From assembly GCA_964188305.1 (NCBI GenBank), contig OZ076892.1: a stretch of DNA of 64,000 bases. The stretch is one strand, 5' to 3'. This document shows positions 1-12,992 of this stretch, in pieces (the first letter of the stretch is position 1; every line of letters starts with the position of its first letter). The stretch is from Podarcis bocagei (lineage: Eukaryota). Below the pieces are notes generated by a model. That model was given only the letters and a program-made list of their open reading frames with translations. It was not told the origin of the DNA and searched no databases. The position numbers and the translations under genes were made by a program.

Positions 1-250
1 AAATTGAAATTAAAACAATAATTTCAAATGGAACCATCTGGACTGTTTGTCCACCAGTTTTGCAGATGTGCTGGGCTAAGCCCACCACAGATTCAGAAGG
101 GGAGGGAGTTAGCAGTCTCCTCACTGACAGCTGAGCACATACACGACCAAGCTCTCTTGGTTTGAACAGCAGGCAGGAGATGGCACCCAGCACCCAGAAG
201 ACAGGCGTTCCCGCCATTGCTTCTGCCTTGACTGTTAAGAAAGGAGACAC

Positions 251-377
251 ATCTGAGAAAGCAGGTTTGGGTCCACGAAAGCTTTCACAACAATAAATGA
301 GTTGGTCCTTAAGGTGCAGCGAGATTCTTTTAATTGTTTTTTTGCCACAAGAGACTGACACGGCTACCTCTCTGGAC
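251..377 (+). mobile_element. Old Penelope-like element pLTR fragment with decayed hammerhead core
   Basis: ctgagaaagc...ccacgaaagctt...gttggtccttaaggtgc...agactgacacggctacc resembles 10301-10400. Confidence 0.65.
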
Positions 378-1334
378 CTTTTTATAAAATACAATAATAA
401 ACATCTAGGGTGCATTCAGATGTGGGAATTCTTGTGCAAGTTCTCTTGGTTATAATCTCCCTGTTTCCTTTTTTTCTGTTGCATTTTGAATTGATACACC
501 ACCATGTGGCGCTAAGTATCATGTACATCAGTGGGCGCAGTGTGACACTTATGTATGCCACCAGATTCGCTGTGACATGTGCTTCTATTCCCCCACAGCA
601 AGAAAGAACTGTATGTCAGAAGATCACCCCCAAATTCACCCCACAATTGTTTGGGTTAATGGGGTTGCAAATGCATAGCAATTCATGCACGAATGAGCAC
701 GAAGAGTTTACGAGATTCTGTTGGGAAAGCAGAACAATGTGCTGTATGAATGCAGCCCTAGAAAGAAGCTTCAAGTGTTTACAGCACTCTACATATATCA
801 TTTCAGAAATCTGTACAACAACCTTGCAAGGTAGGGTCAGGATCCCAGGTGCTGAGGCTGAGAGAAACTGGTTCCTGACTAAGGCTACTGAAGGCTACTA
901 TTTTAGTCCATGCTAAAGGCAAGGTTAATCAAATTCATAGCTCAATCTCCAGCACAGATTTAGGTCCATTTAAGCACGCTGATTTCAATGTGCCTAACCT
1001 GGCCGTATCATCACTAGACACATTTTGTATTGCCCGAGACTAGAGCGGCTCATTCCTCAGGTGCGTGAGGCGGTGGTGGAGATGATTCTACTCTTGCCCA
1101 GGGAAGAAATGAACAAGAGTTGCTAGGCAACAGCAATGTGCTTTCTGCCTCCTGCAGACCTGATTGGCTCTGAATTTGGTGGCATGTTCTGGCTGCGCAC
1201 ATGGGGAAGTGCACTTTCTGGAATCCCAGGAGTCTCCCTCCTGCGGCTAACTCAACAGGCAGCAAAGCCTTCCGATGTCTCTGTTGCCCAAAGGTTAGCA
1301 GCATAGGAAGCTATTTTTTCCAGAGTCAGGCCAC

Positions 1335-1471
1335 TGCTCCATTTAGCTCAGTGTTGTCAAGCATTGACTGGCAGCAGACATTCCCAGCCCTACCCCAAAG
1401 ATGCTGGAGATTGAAGCTGTGACCTCCTGCATGCAAATCGGGAGCTTTAGCATTGAGCTACGGCCCCTCCC
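1335..1471 (-). mobile_element. tRNA-derived SINE (Squam3-like); related copies near 23680-23740 plus 24070-24186, 24545-24690, 41780-41925 and 57290-57430
   Basis: Shared motif ggagattgaa(cc)tgtgacct(t)ctgcatgcaaa...gagctacggcccctcccc, the reverse of a tRNA-like head with A/B boxes. Confidence 0.6.
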
Positions 1472-2733
1472 CAAAGGCTGGAGCAGCCTGGAACAGTCCA
1501 CCCAACTACCAGAAAGAGGAAAGCGCCCCCCAGGAACCAAAAGAAGTGAGAAGACTCACTTTGGTAAGGACTCACGTTGGTAAGTGGAACGGCAGGACTG
1601 GACTAGGCTGGAGCAGTTGATGCTGCTGCTTAAGTGAAGTAAAGGTCACAATCATGCAGGAAACATAGGTATGGATCCTAGGAAGGCTGATGGGAGTGTG
1701 GAGCAGACCAGGTGGAGGATGAAAATCAGGAGTGGAGGACCTCAAGCTTGGGGGCCAAATGCAGTCCTCAGGGTCTCTCAAACTCAGCTCTGCATCCTCC
1801 TGGTGTGGCTTTGCCTGGTAGGAACATGCACATGAGCTGCAGCAATGCCTCTCGCTTGTGCAGAGACCTCTGGCTCTTGCAGGACTGGAAAGTAGCTTAC
1901 TACACAATGACTGAAGTCCCATCTGTTGCTCTGCCCACTTTTGTTTCAGACCACACTTAGGTTTTTTTCTTTAGGCAAACATGTAGATGTCAACATGTTT
2001 GAATCTTTGTTAATTTTGATTTTCCTTCAAATGTTTTAAGTGCTTGCTTTTAAACTCTTTTCACATATAATTTTAATACTTCTTGTAAACCATCTATGAC
2101 ACCTTGTGTTTCACAGTGGGAACAAAAGTGGGCTAGAAATGGAAGGGAACTAAACACAAAATAATGTGGAAGGCTTTGCTTGGGGGGGGGGGAATTGTTT
2201 GACAAAGAGCTTTTTTCCCTTTGCAGTTTAATTAGTGGACCTCCACCCCTCGATGTCTCGATATTGCCACACTCAAAGGTGGCTAGAGAGAGAAGGTCGG
2301 CCGTATCCTGGCCCAGTCCAGCTTCATATTTTACGCTGCTGATAGATCCTTTCTTTCTTCTCACCCTGATAAAGGCAGCTCCATGTTCAAAGAGAATCAA
2401 GGAAGCGGGCTTAAATGATTACTTCTAAGTGAGGATTAGAGATGCTGTCATGACGACAGAAGCTACATGACCAGGATGTAGAGCAGACTTCAAAAACACC
2501 ATACTGGTCGGCACTCCAGTTACATTTTCAGGAGAGCCACACAGACAAGTACAGACACACGGCTCCACATCCCTCTGCCTCCACCAGGCCTTCCCAAACA
2601 GGGGTGGCGGCAGAGTGGGAAGCCCTCAAGGGTTCACAGGTCGACTGCTCTCGATCCCACCTGCACCACTTTGTGGAATTCAGGGAAGAAGCTGGACTCC
2701 GCTTCTTCAAAGCTACAGAGGGCAGATCTACAG

Positions 2734-3092
2734 AGAACCACAGAATTGTAGAGTTGGAAGGAACCTCAAGGGCCATCTATTCCAACCCCTCTATGACGCA
2801 GGCATCTCTAGTAGATCATCCATGACAGGTGGCCATCCAACCTCTGCTTAAAATCCTGCAAGGAAGGCGAGTCCACTATCTCCCGAGGGAGTCGGTTCCA
2901 CTGTCGAACAGCTCTTACTGTCAGAAAGTTCTTCCTGATGTTTAGCTGGGATCTTCCTTCTTGTCATTTGAAGCCATTGGTTTGTGTCCTACCCTCCGGA
3001 GGAGCAGAAAACAAGCTTGCTGTCATATCTCCTCTCAGTCTCCTTTCCCCCCCAGGCTAAACATATGCAGCTCCCTCAACCGTTCCTCATAA
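2734..3092 (-). mobile_element. CR1 LINE 3' fragment
   Basis: cacagaattgtagagttggaagg...acagctcttactgtcagaaagttcttcctgatgtttag is a typical CR1 3' end in reverse. Confidence 0.8.
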
Positions 3093-3417
3093 GATATAAT
3101 TGCATAACAATTTCTCCCAATGCAATGCTTGTTTTAGGGTTATGTTCACTAACTTATCCAATTTTCATGCACACGATACTTGTACGCATTGCCTGGCCTG
3201 CGAATTGCTATGCAAAATTTGGATAAATGCGAATTTCAAGGGATGGCTGTGTTACTGCTGGCATACTGTATCAGGGAGTGAAGATTAGTCAGGTTCACCT
3301 TTACTTGAAAGCTGAATCAAAATTCTCCCCTGTGCCTAAATAAGCCTTTGTGGCAGCAACTCTCCAGGTGTCAGGCAGGAGTATTCCCACCACTTGCCAC
3401 TTGGATATGCTAGAAAT

Positions 3418-4530
3418 GAGACAGTCTTGAAACCGCTTTTGCTGACCACCAGCATTACGCTTTCCATTTTTAAGTTCAGAATAGAGTAGTTGCAGAATCC
3501 GAGACATGGGAGAAGACGCCGTGGAAGAGGACTGGAAAAAATTTAAGGACTATTTACAAAAATATTATAAGCTATATGAATGTTGAGAATTTGCTAAATG
3601 TTTTGGAAAAACATGCTTCAGTATTGAATTTGGTAAACGTTGAAAATTAAGTTAAGATTTCGAAATGTATAAATTGTGGACTATATAACTAAATGAAAAC
3701 ACAAAAACATATGAAATAAGGTATTAACTTGCTGTTTATTTTTATTGTGAAGAAAACAGGGGATGGGGGACGTGGGGAAGTCTGATCGATCATGAAAATG
3801 GATGTGAAAAAGTGAATCTTTTCTTTTTCTTCTTTTATAACTTTTTTTCTTTTTTGTAAAACTGCTTTTGATGTGCTATGGATGATATACCTTTCTTTTA
3901 CCCTGGAAAAAAGCAATAAAACTTTATTTAAAAAAAAACAGAATAGAGTAGTTGCTTTGGAAGACGATCATCAGGCATCCGCACAACATGACCAGTCCAA
4001 CGAAGTTGATGTTGAAGAATCATTGCTTCAACACTGGTGATCTTTGCTTCTTCCAGTACACTGATATTAGTTCACCTATCTTCCCAAGTGATGTGCAATT
4101 TTTTTCAGAGACACCGTTGATGGAATCTTTCAAGGAGTTGGAGATGGCGTTTATAAGTGGTCCATGTTGCACAAGCATATAGCAAGGTTGGTCGTTCAAT
4201 AGCTTTGTAAACAAGCATTTTGGTTTCCCTGCGAATGTCCCAGTCCTCAAACACTCTGCCCTTCAATCGGGAGAGCTCAGTCGATGCTGGATTTCGGCAT
4301 AAATGTTGACCCTTGCAGAAAGATAACTGCCTAGGTAGGAGAAGTGATCAACATTTTCCAACGTTATACCATTGAGTTGGATTTGTGGCGCTGCAGAGGG
4401 GTTATTTTGTACTTGTTGGTGCAGCACTTTGGTTTTTTTGGATGTTGAGCGACAGGCCAAGCTTCTTGTAAGCTTTTGCGAAGATATTTAGGATGGTTTG
4501 GAGGTCATCCTCTGAGCGTGCACACACTAG
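3418..4530 (-). mobile_element. RTE-clade LINE fragment, interrupted by an L1-like insertion
   Basis: Peptides KKTKVLHQ...LNGITLENVDHFSYLGS, LRWTGHVVRMPDDRLPKQLLYSE and KNGKRNAGGQQKRF are RTE RT C-terminal motifs. Confidence 0.85.
3494..3938 (+). mobile_element. 5'-truncated L1/Tx1-like LINE 3' end with poly(A) and 17-bp TSD
   Basis: TSD cagaatagagtagttgc at 3477-3493 and 3939-3955. AATAAA at 3915 and A-tail at 3930-3938. Opens with an ORF2-like C-terminus (EEDWKKFKDYLQKY). Confidence 0.8.
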
Positions 4531-4551
4531 GGAACTAGTGTGTGGGAACTA

Positions 4552-4780
4552 GGCCACATTCAAACTGTACATTGAAAATGCTATAATACCACTTTAAACA
4601 GTCATGCCTCCCCTCAAGGAATTATGGGAGCTGTAGTTTGTTAAAGGTGCTAGGAGACCCCTATTCCCCTCACAGAACTACAATTTCCAGAGTTTCCTGG
4701 GAAGAGGGATTGACTGTTAAGCCACTCCAGGTCTCTCAACAACTCTCAGAAACCTTAGCAAACTATAACTCAGAATTCTC
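4552..4780. mobile_element. Partial copy of the Harbinger-like MITE at 39259-39594
   Basis: ggccacattc...ataccactttaaacagtcatg...ccctattcccctcaca is shared with 39259-39594. Confidence 0.6.
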
Positions 4781-4842
4781 CCCTCTATGCAACAAATGTT
4801 GACTATGCACAGGAACCTAAATAGTTATGTTTCTGGGGTGGT

Positions 4843-5086
4843 AGCAGATTCAAACAAGAAAGGAGATTCCAACTAAACATTAGGAAGAACTTTCTGACAG
4901 TAAAAGCTGTTTAATGAAGGAATGGACTACCTCAGAAGGTGGCAGACTCTCCTTCAATGGAGGTTTTTAAGCAGAGGTTGGATGGCCATCAGTCATGGAT
5001 GCTTTAGTTAGATTCCTGCATTGCAGGGGGTTGGAAAAGATGACCCATGGGGTCCCTTTATATTTATATAATTCCGTGATTCTATG
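4843..5086 (+). mobile_element. CR1 LINE 3' end
   Basis: aggagattccaactaaacattaggaagaactttctgacagtaa...gattctatga tail. Confidence 0.8.
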
Positions 5087-5135
5087 AAAACCTGCCCCAG
5101 GAAAAGCTGCAGCTATTACAAAATGTACCAAGTTG

Positions 5136-5508
5136 GGGACGCAGGTGGCGCTGTGGGTTAAACCACAGAGCCTAGGACTTGCCGATCAGAAGGTCAGCGG
5201 TTCGAAGCTCCGCGACGGGGTGAGCTCACGTTGCTTGGTCCCAGCTCCTGCCCACCTAGCAGTTTGAAAGCACGTCAAAGTCAATGTGCAAGTAGATAAA
5301 TAGGAAGGTAAATAGAAGGTACCTTCTGGCGGGAAGGTAAATGGTGTTTCCGTGTGCTGCTCTGGTTCACCAGAAGCAGCTTAGTCATGCTGGCCACATG
5401 ACCCGGAAGCTGTACGCCGGCTCCCTTGGCCAATAAAGCGAGATGAGCGCCGCAACCCCAGTCGGCCACGACAGGACCTAATGGTCAGGGGTCCCTTTAA
5501 CTTTACCT
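5136..5508 (+). mobile_element. Sauria SINE (Squam1), full length
   Basis: gggacgcaggtggcgctgtgggttaaacc head and (ACCTTT)n-like tail. TSD taccaagttg at 5126-5135 and 5509-5518. Confidence 0.9.
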
Positions 5509-5537
5509 TACCAAGTTGGCATATATCATGCATGATT

Positions 5538-5596
<59 letters not shown>
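5538..5596. repeat. Compound (CT)n(CA)n microsatellite
   Basis: Seen directly. Confidence 0.95.
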
Positions 5597-8487
5597 ATGT
5601 ATTTTCTTTTTTATAACTTTTCCTATTTCCTATTTTATTTCAAGAGCAGCAAGGAACTCCAGGTTCCGAAAGATTTGTTCAGTGTGCTCTCATACTTCAG
5701 GCATTTGAGTTGGTATTGCCCAGGAACTTTCAAGAAGAACTTTACCACCATAAGGTCTAGAAACTTGCTTTTTTAAAAAGAAAAAAAAAATCGTAAGAAA
5801 ATTCGTAAGAAAAATAATATTCAAGGACACATTCAGTGCTTCTTCCATGAAATTCATCCTAACAACCCCAACTACTAATTTGAGCCACACTACTGCCTCC
5901 AAATAGCTTAACAGAATCTGGCAAAGCTACCATTTGAATGTCTACTCTGGAAGATTTCTCTCTCCCATCAATTAATATCAAAGCCCTATTTGGCTGTTTA
6001 CATAATCCAGTGTGCATTAAACATGATTGATTCCGGTATTATTGTGTACCAGCTAGCTGATGCAACAGCTGGACTGCAGTCATTTTGACCCTAATGTCCT
6101 CCCATTTTAGAACATTTGCCATCCAAAGGTTATGAGGTGCACTCCCTGAGCAGCAACAAAATCAGGTTGCATCTCCCGTATGGCCCAACTGATGTCTCAT
6201 CAGCGGGAGATGTGGCCTGTGTCATCATTCTATCAACTCTTCAGTAACTCTTCCACATTTTAATCAAAGTGGGCCTGTCAGGGTGGGGCTTTTGGGTAGA
6301 AGTCCATCCCATTCACAGAGAATGATGATGAAGGACCTCAAACACAGCAGAGTGGGCTTGTCACATTGTGAAGCAAATGAAGTAGCCACATTGCCACCTA
6401 CAGAGCCACCACAGTAACACCATTAGCCCAGAGTCTAAAATTACCTAACTTGCATGAAGGGACTATCTGCTCATGTGGGGCTTGGGGCTGAGGGGGTTGC
6501 TCGCTACGCAGTGTGACTGGAGCTGGTTCTGGGGGGCTTCCATCATCCTGTGTGGCTGGTCACTTGGTGCCACCCACCTTTTGCTGCGCCAGATCCTCCA
6601 TTTTGAGCAGGCCTCACCTACAGGGCCCATTGGGACAGAGGCATGGGGGACGGTTCCCTCTGCATCAAGGGAAGATTCGTTTGCTTCTGAACTCTTGGGA
6701 ACGTATACAAGAGAGGAGAATGAGGGCCATGCCACTTGGCGAAACCCCCATTGCAGCCAGCTAATGGATGGCAAGAAAAGGAATTGCACAACCAATCATG
6801 AGCAGTCGAGGCAGCAATAAACAAAGGGGATGGCAGAGCACAGAACGGACAGCTGGCCATGGGGCAAATGGTGAAATGCCCCTTAGAAAAAGCCTCCTGA
6901 ATAACGAACAAAGCGGAAGAGATCATGATGGGCACAGCAACGTCCCTCAGGCTAGAAAATAAAGCTGCATTATGCTTAGTAAATTATTTGTTTCATTTGA
7001 GAACTGACATACTTGGAGAGCCATAATGAACATGAAGGCAGTCCAAAGGCATTGCCCAGCATTCTTCACTCCCATTTGGAAATAGCTTGAAAATCAATTT
7101 CCAATTTCTACAAGTCCTCAGACTTAAAGTGCTGCTCATTCATTCCCCCCTTTCTCTTTGTCTTTTTCTCTCTCTTTTATTTAGGTGGCTGGCCTTAGAA
7201 CTCAGGTTTCGCTAAAGAATGACAATAATCCACTTGATTATGACATGGAACACCAGAGGAATTTTCCCTTGACCCATTTGCATTTTACAGGGCTGCATGG
7301 ACTTCTCCTTTTATGCTACATAATGTGTATTGAACTTCATTTCATGCCGGATAATCTTCCTTGAACAGTAAAAGGAATACACGAAAAGTACAGCTCCTGC
7401 CCGATGGTGCTTTCCTCCCCTGATCATCCCTAGCTTGCAATAGGAAAATGAGTGGGAGCTGAGCGGATGCACCTAACAACATAACAAGAGCCTGGCCATG
7501 GGATCAGACCAAAGACCCATCTAGTCCACTGTCCTATTTAAACACAGGCCCTGAACACAAGAGCCATTCTCTCCACCTGCAGTTCCCAGTCAAAATGTGA
7601 GCGTCTGGAACTGGGCCTGGAAAGGAGCAGCAACCATGAGCTGCGAGATATGGGAGCAGGCAGGATAGAAGTTCAAAAAGCAACATGAGCACAACTCTTC
7701 CTCCCTCCCTCCCTCTCTCCCTCTCTCCTTCTGCCTTGTGCACCCTTTCTATTCTCCATTGGTGAAGTTCCCATATCTACTACGTGCAATTTCCACAACA
7801 AAGAAAGGTACTGTGAGGAGCTTCTTCACTGAAGACTTCACCACCAGCAGAGTATTAAGAGACCCATCTTTCCTTCTCAACCCCCTCCCCCCAGTCCATA
7901 AATTTCAACACCATAACCATTGGGAGGCCAATTCACAGGCCTCCATGTTCAGCACTTGATAACGGTCTCATTAAGTGCAGGCCTGTATATGACAGGAATA
8001 AGCCAAGGCAGATCTAATGCCACAGTTCATCATAACTTCTCATGTCGACTCCAGCCTACAAAGCTCTTGCATCTGTTCACACATTCAGCTGTGAGTCATT
8101 CCCACTGAGCTACTGATCTGTGAAAAATCAAGTGATTGATGTGCATGCGCATAGCTCAAAATCCCACCACAGAGTGCAGGGAATTGGTTTTGCAACACAA
8201 CCCTGCACCGCAGCAGAATGATATGGAAAGAGCTGACCAGGAGATAGAAAACTGCTGGTGTTTCCAGGAACAAACTCTCAACTAAATAAGCTCCAGTAAT
8301 GAAGGGATGCAGCCAAGCCGTTTGACATGGGAAATCACCATGCAGCTCAGCTAGACACTCAGAAATGAAGTCTACCAGAGCAGAACTAAGAGTCACATGG
8401 GCTGGATCTAGATACATCAAAGAAGTGCTTCAGCTTAAAGCGTTGTAAATTTAAGCAGGGAAAACAGGTAGAGAAAAGCGGGACTCC

Positions 8488-8507
8488 ATGTCGCCATCTG
8501 GTGGCAC
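8488..8507 (-). promoter_or_regulatory. Candidate CTCF site
   Basis: Minus strand TGTGCCACCAGATGGCGAC closely matches the CTCF core CCASYAGRKGGCRS. Confidence 0.55.
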
Positions 8508-10207
8508 AATGTTATATCGCACATACAATGCATATAAATCAGTTTTTCTTTACCAGTCTAGATGAGTCTATGGACTATTCAGAACAAGTTTGCTCCCCTA
8601 ACTTAGGCACCTCAATGCCACAGTTCAAAGACAGTCCTTATGCTTCAGGTGATTATCATTCTCTACAGTAGGCATGAGAAGACAGCTGGTTTGTGGGCTC
8701 TACCTTGTTTTTTAAAATAAAGACCCTGAAGTCCAGCAACTGGAACCAGGCGCACAATGGCAGCTTGGGAGGGGTGGCAAAGCCGGTTATCTAACTGTGT
8801 TCTAAAAACTCTATGAGGGGATGATCTGCCATAATCAACTTCAAATCTACATCCTGAGTTATTGCAGGTCATTATTCTAATTTAGGGTCAAAGGGCTTGG
8901 TTGTTATGGGGACTGCATTTTTATTTTTAAAATTTATTTTGGGAAATGGTGTAGGCACTTTACGTGTTTGGGAGGGGTTCTGAGCCTCACTAGTCTTTCT
9001 TAGGTTATTTCCGTGGTGTCCATGACTGTTTTTTAGACCTCCAAATATGCACCTGAACCCAGAGCAGACTGCTAACCTCTGATGCAAAAGAAACAATGCG
9101 CTTAAAGTAAGCATGAGCTGCTTTGTTTTCTATGGGAAAAAGCGTGGCTTTGTAAGAACACCAAAAACAAGGAGTTTCACACTCACAGGACTGTGAAAGT
9201 GGTACCTTGGTCAGCAGCCAGACATGCCAGAGGGCCACTGTGGGAAGAGTGCCAGGAGATGCCACATCCTACCCCAAACTGGCATGATCACCAGTGTTGC
9301 TTCTCTGCATCCTTCTTTCACATCCAGTGTTGGCTATTGGAGACATGAGATGGCCAGGGACCACTGCAATGGCATCATCAGGGATGCCAGAAGGATTTCC
9401 TGGGCCTTCTACATTGCATTCAGATTGCAACCCTTGCATTAACACTCACCCAACCCCAAAACTATATTGACAAAAGCTGTTGCCTACACACATGTATTAA
9501 CTTAGCCTAGCCCACCTCACAGGGCTGTTGTAAAGGGTGGGGAATACACAGCCTTTTGCTCCTGGGTGGAAAATCAAAGTACAAATATATAATGCCGCTG
9601 ACATATCATATAAACAAACCAGAAAAAGGAGCCTCCTTGCTTTAACCACAACGGTTACATAGTCCTGATATTTGCAGCAAAACACCAAAACAAACAGGTT
9701 TGCCGACCCTAATAAATAACAACAAGGGGGAAAAGTTGTGCCGTTTCGCAATTTTGGCATCTGGATGGCCAAGTCTCAGTCTAGCCTTCCTCACTTCAGA
9801 TGTTCCCCTACCAACCCATTGAGGACAGTGGGGCTGAGTGAGGAGGGGAGGGGGGGTGGGGCTAGCAAATGCTGGCATGCTCTTCTGCAACTGTAACAGC
9901 AAGAGGGCAGATGCTTGAATAAGATTCATGTGCAGAGAGTTTTCTTGCAAAATGGAGAGTCCTTTGACTGCGCACCCCGAATGATATTGCCCAGGAAGAA
10001 AAGCAGCAACCCTGATCGTTTGCTACCTGCCACTCATTTGTTTATGCCATTAATAGCCAGCCTTATTGTGCAGCTGTCTCCAACCTGGTGCCCCTCCCCA
10101 CTTGCCTTGGTCCAAAACAGGTGGGGAATACCAGTTTGAAAAACGGTGTTATTGCGGAATGAGCTTTTCCTTCAAAAATCACTTAGTGTTCCATAACACA
10201 TTCTACC

Positions 10208-10406
10208 CAAAATAAAAAAATTCCTTCCAGTAGCACCTTAAAGACCAACTAAGTTAGTTCTTGGTATGAGCTTTCGTGTGCATGCACACTTCTTCAGATA
10301 CACACGAAAGCTCATACCAAGAACTAACTTAGTTGGTCTTTAAGGTGCTACTGGAAGGAATTTTTTTATTTTGACTATGGCAGACCAACACGGCTACCTA
10401 TCTGTA
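10208..10406. mobile_element. Penelope-like element insertion: 73-bp inverted pLTR arms, 20-bp spacer, ~33-bp tail, 12-bp TSD
   Basis: Arms 10208-10280 and 10301-10373 are reverse complements. Tail actatggcagaccaacacggctacc. TSD acattctaccca at 10198-10209 and 10407-10418. Confidence 0.85.
10264..10301 (-). ncRNA. Minimal type I hammerhead ribozyme motif (PLE-associated)
   Basis: Minus strand GUAU-CUGAAGA-A-GUGUG(CAUG)CACAC-GAAA-GC-UC-AUAC: conserved core, stem II, 4-bp stem I and palindromic AGCU stem III. Confidence 0.7.
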
Positions 10407-10814
10407 ACATTCTACCCAGGCAGCAAGACTTTTCATACTGCAAAAGCACCCGAAATAATAGTTTCTAATTCAACAGTTGTATACCTGCTGGTAGAGAGAC
10501 AATGAGAATGGCTGTGCAAAATGTGCAAAGTAGTTCCAGAATCAGCTTGCATGTGCAACTGGAACATTGCAGTTTACATCCTATAGGCTTATGAGATATT
10601 AATTACTTAAATTTATATCCTGCCTTTCCTCCCAAAGGAGCCCAGGCCAGCAAACAACAAGTGATAAACAATTAAAAACATATTAAAAATGTATGTGTAC
10701 AAGTTGGTGGGTTTTTTCATGTTCCTGTCATTGCTGATAATCTATTTATTGTTGCAACTTATAAATTGAGACCAGCTTACTTGTGAGATTGTCTTACCCC
10801 ACATATATGCCTGC

Positions 10815-11425
<611 letters not shown>

Positions 11426-11544
11426 TCATTTACAATGAAGTCATTCCCAAACCAATCCCCAAGGTTTTGCATAGTGTTAAGAGCTGGACAATGGACATTG
11501 CTTGCATTGTGTGAAAAGTGGCTCCATATAAACCTGGCTCTGGC

Positions 11545-11780
11545 TACTGGAAATTCTGAAGCATTCATGGAAGAGAAGGCCGTTGATGGCTATTAGCCAT
11601 GATGGCTATCTTCTGCTTCCAAGGCTTCAGAATACCAGTTGCTGGAAAGCACAGGAGCGGAAAGAGCTCCTGTGCTCCAGTCCCGCTTGCCAGTGTCCCA
11701 CAGGCATCTGGCTGGCCCCCTTGAGACCAGGGTGCTGGATTAGATGGGCCTCTGGTCTGATCCAGTAGGCTCTCCTTGGG
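11545..11780 (+). mobile_element. CR1-type 3' UTR fragment; related copies near 7478-7560, 12416-12575, 13740-13970, 14780-15010, 16820-17030, 54941-55040 and 61705-62110
   Basis: Recurrent motif atctggttggccactgtgagaacaggatgctggactagatgggcc...ctgatccagcaggctct..ttatg. Confidence 0.65.
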
Positions 11781-12310
11781 TTCTGACCCCTGGAGATGGT
11801 CACGGAAAGCTGGTGGGGATGTCAGAGATGCTGGCCACATTCTTCCCTCTGTTGTTTATCAGTGCTCATCTGATCTCTCCGTAGCTGCTAATTGTCCTTG
11901 CTCCCCCCTCCCAACCCTTAGGGGAAATTAGCAGCTAAAGGAGAGAGATAATGAGCACAGATAAACAATCAGCGGCTCTGTGGTCCCCTCCAGCGTCCTC
12001 TGCTCATCTCTGAGGGATTCTTCTGAATTCACAACACTCGAAGCCTGGTTTATATGTGGCTTCATTTCATGTGTCAAGAAGGGGTGAAGAACATGTGCCC
12101 CCTCCAATGATACTCAACTACAATGGCCAGTATCCTGATCATTGGCCATGCTTGCTGAGGATGATGGGAATTGGAGTTCAGGAATATCTGGAGGGTGACC
12201 AGCTCCCCACCCCTTCGCATAAAGTGTAGCCAGACTCTCAGAGCATGAACTGTGAGACAAGAGGTCCTTACTTCTGCCATGAAGTCACTACGTGAACATA
12301 AGAACAAAAG

Positions 12311-12410
12311 TCAAAATAAAAAAAATTCCTTCCAGTAGCACCTTAAAGACCAACTAAGTTAGTTCTTGGTATGAGCTTTCGTGTGCATGCACACTTCTTC
12401 AGATACACAC
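12311..12410 (-). mobile_element. Second copy of the young Penelope-like pLTR fragment
   Basis: Identical to 10208-10305 except for one A in the A-run. Flanked by ataagaacaaaag at 12298-12310 and 12416-12428. Confidence 0.85.
12369..12406 (-). ncRNA. Minimal type I hammerhead ribozyme motif, identical to 10264-10301
   Basis: Same GUAUCUGAAGAAGUGUGCAUGCACACGAAAGCUCAUAC sequence on the minus strand. Confidence 0.7.
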
Positions 12411-12576
12411 AAAAGATAAGAACAAAAGGAAAGTCCTGTTGGAGTAGGCCAAAGGCCCATATGGTCCTCCATCCTGGTCTTACAGTGACCAACCAGATCT
12501 GATGGGAAACGTATAAGCAGGATGTTAGCACAACAGCACTCTACCACCTGAGTGATACTGCCTCCAACATACAAAG

Positions 12577-12929
12577 GTAAAGGTAAAGGGACCCCTGACC
12601 ATTAGGTCCAGTCATGACCGACTCTGGGGTTGGGGCACTCATCTCGCTTTATTGGCCAAGGGAGCTGGCGTACAGTTTCCGGGTCATGTGGCCAGCATGA
12701 CTAAGCTGCTTCTGATGAACCAGAGCAGCGCACGGAAACGCCTTTTACCTTCCCGCCAGAGCGGTACCTATTTATCTACTTGCACTTTGACGTGCTTTCG
12801 AACTGCTAGGTTGGCAGGAGCAGGGACCGAGCAATGGGAGCTCACCCTGTCATGGGGATTTGAACCGCTGACCTTCTGATCGGCAAGCCCTAGGCTCTGT
12901 GGTTTAGCCCACAGCGCCACCTGTGTCCC
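12577..12929 (-). mobile_element. Sauria SINE (Squam1), full length
   Basis: Reverse complement of the 5136 copy. 14-bp TSD tccaacatacaaag at 12563-12576 and 12932-12945. Confidence 0.9.
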
Positions 12930-12959
12930 TTTCCAACATACAAAGAGGCATACAAATAA

Positions 12960-12992
12960 AATGAATGAATGAATGAATGAATGAATGAATGA
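12960..12992. repeat. (GAAT)n microsatellite
   Basis: Seen directly. Confidence 0.95.

Noticed and set aside
410-916. 168-aa ORF
   Set aside because: Non-ATG start, no recognisable domain and no splice context; it overlaps probable old repeat sequence.
5136-5230. tRNA gene-like A/B boxes
   Set aside because: These are SINE heads followed by SINE body, tail and TSD.
6830-6860. Possible REST/RE1 site (also half-matches near 32483 and 42824)
   Set aside because: Only half-site matches with wrong spacing; no canonical 21-bp RE1 found.
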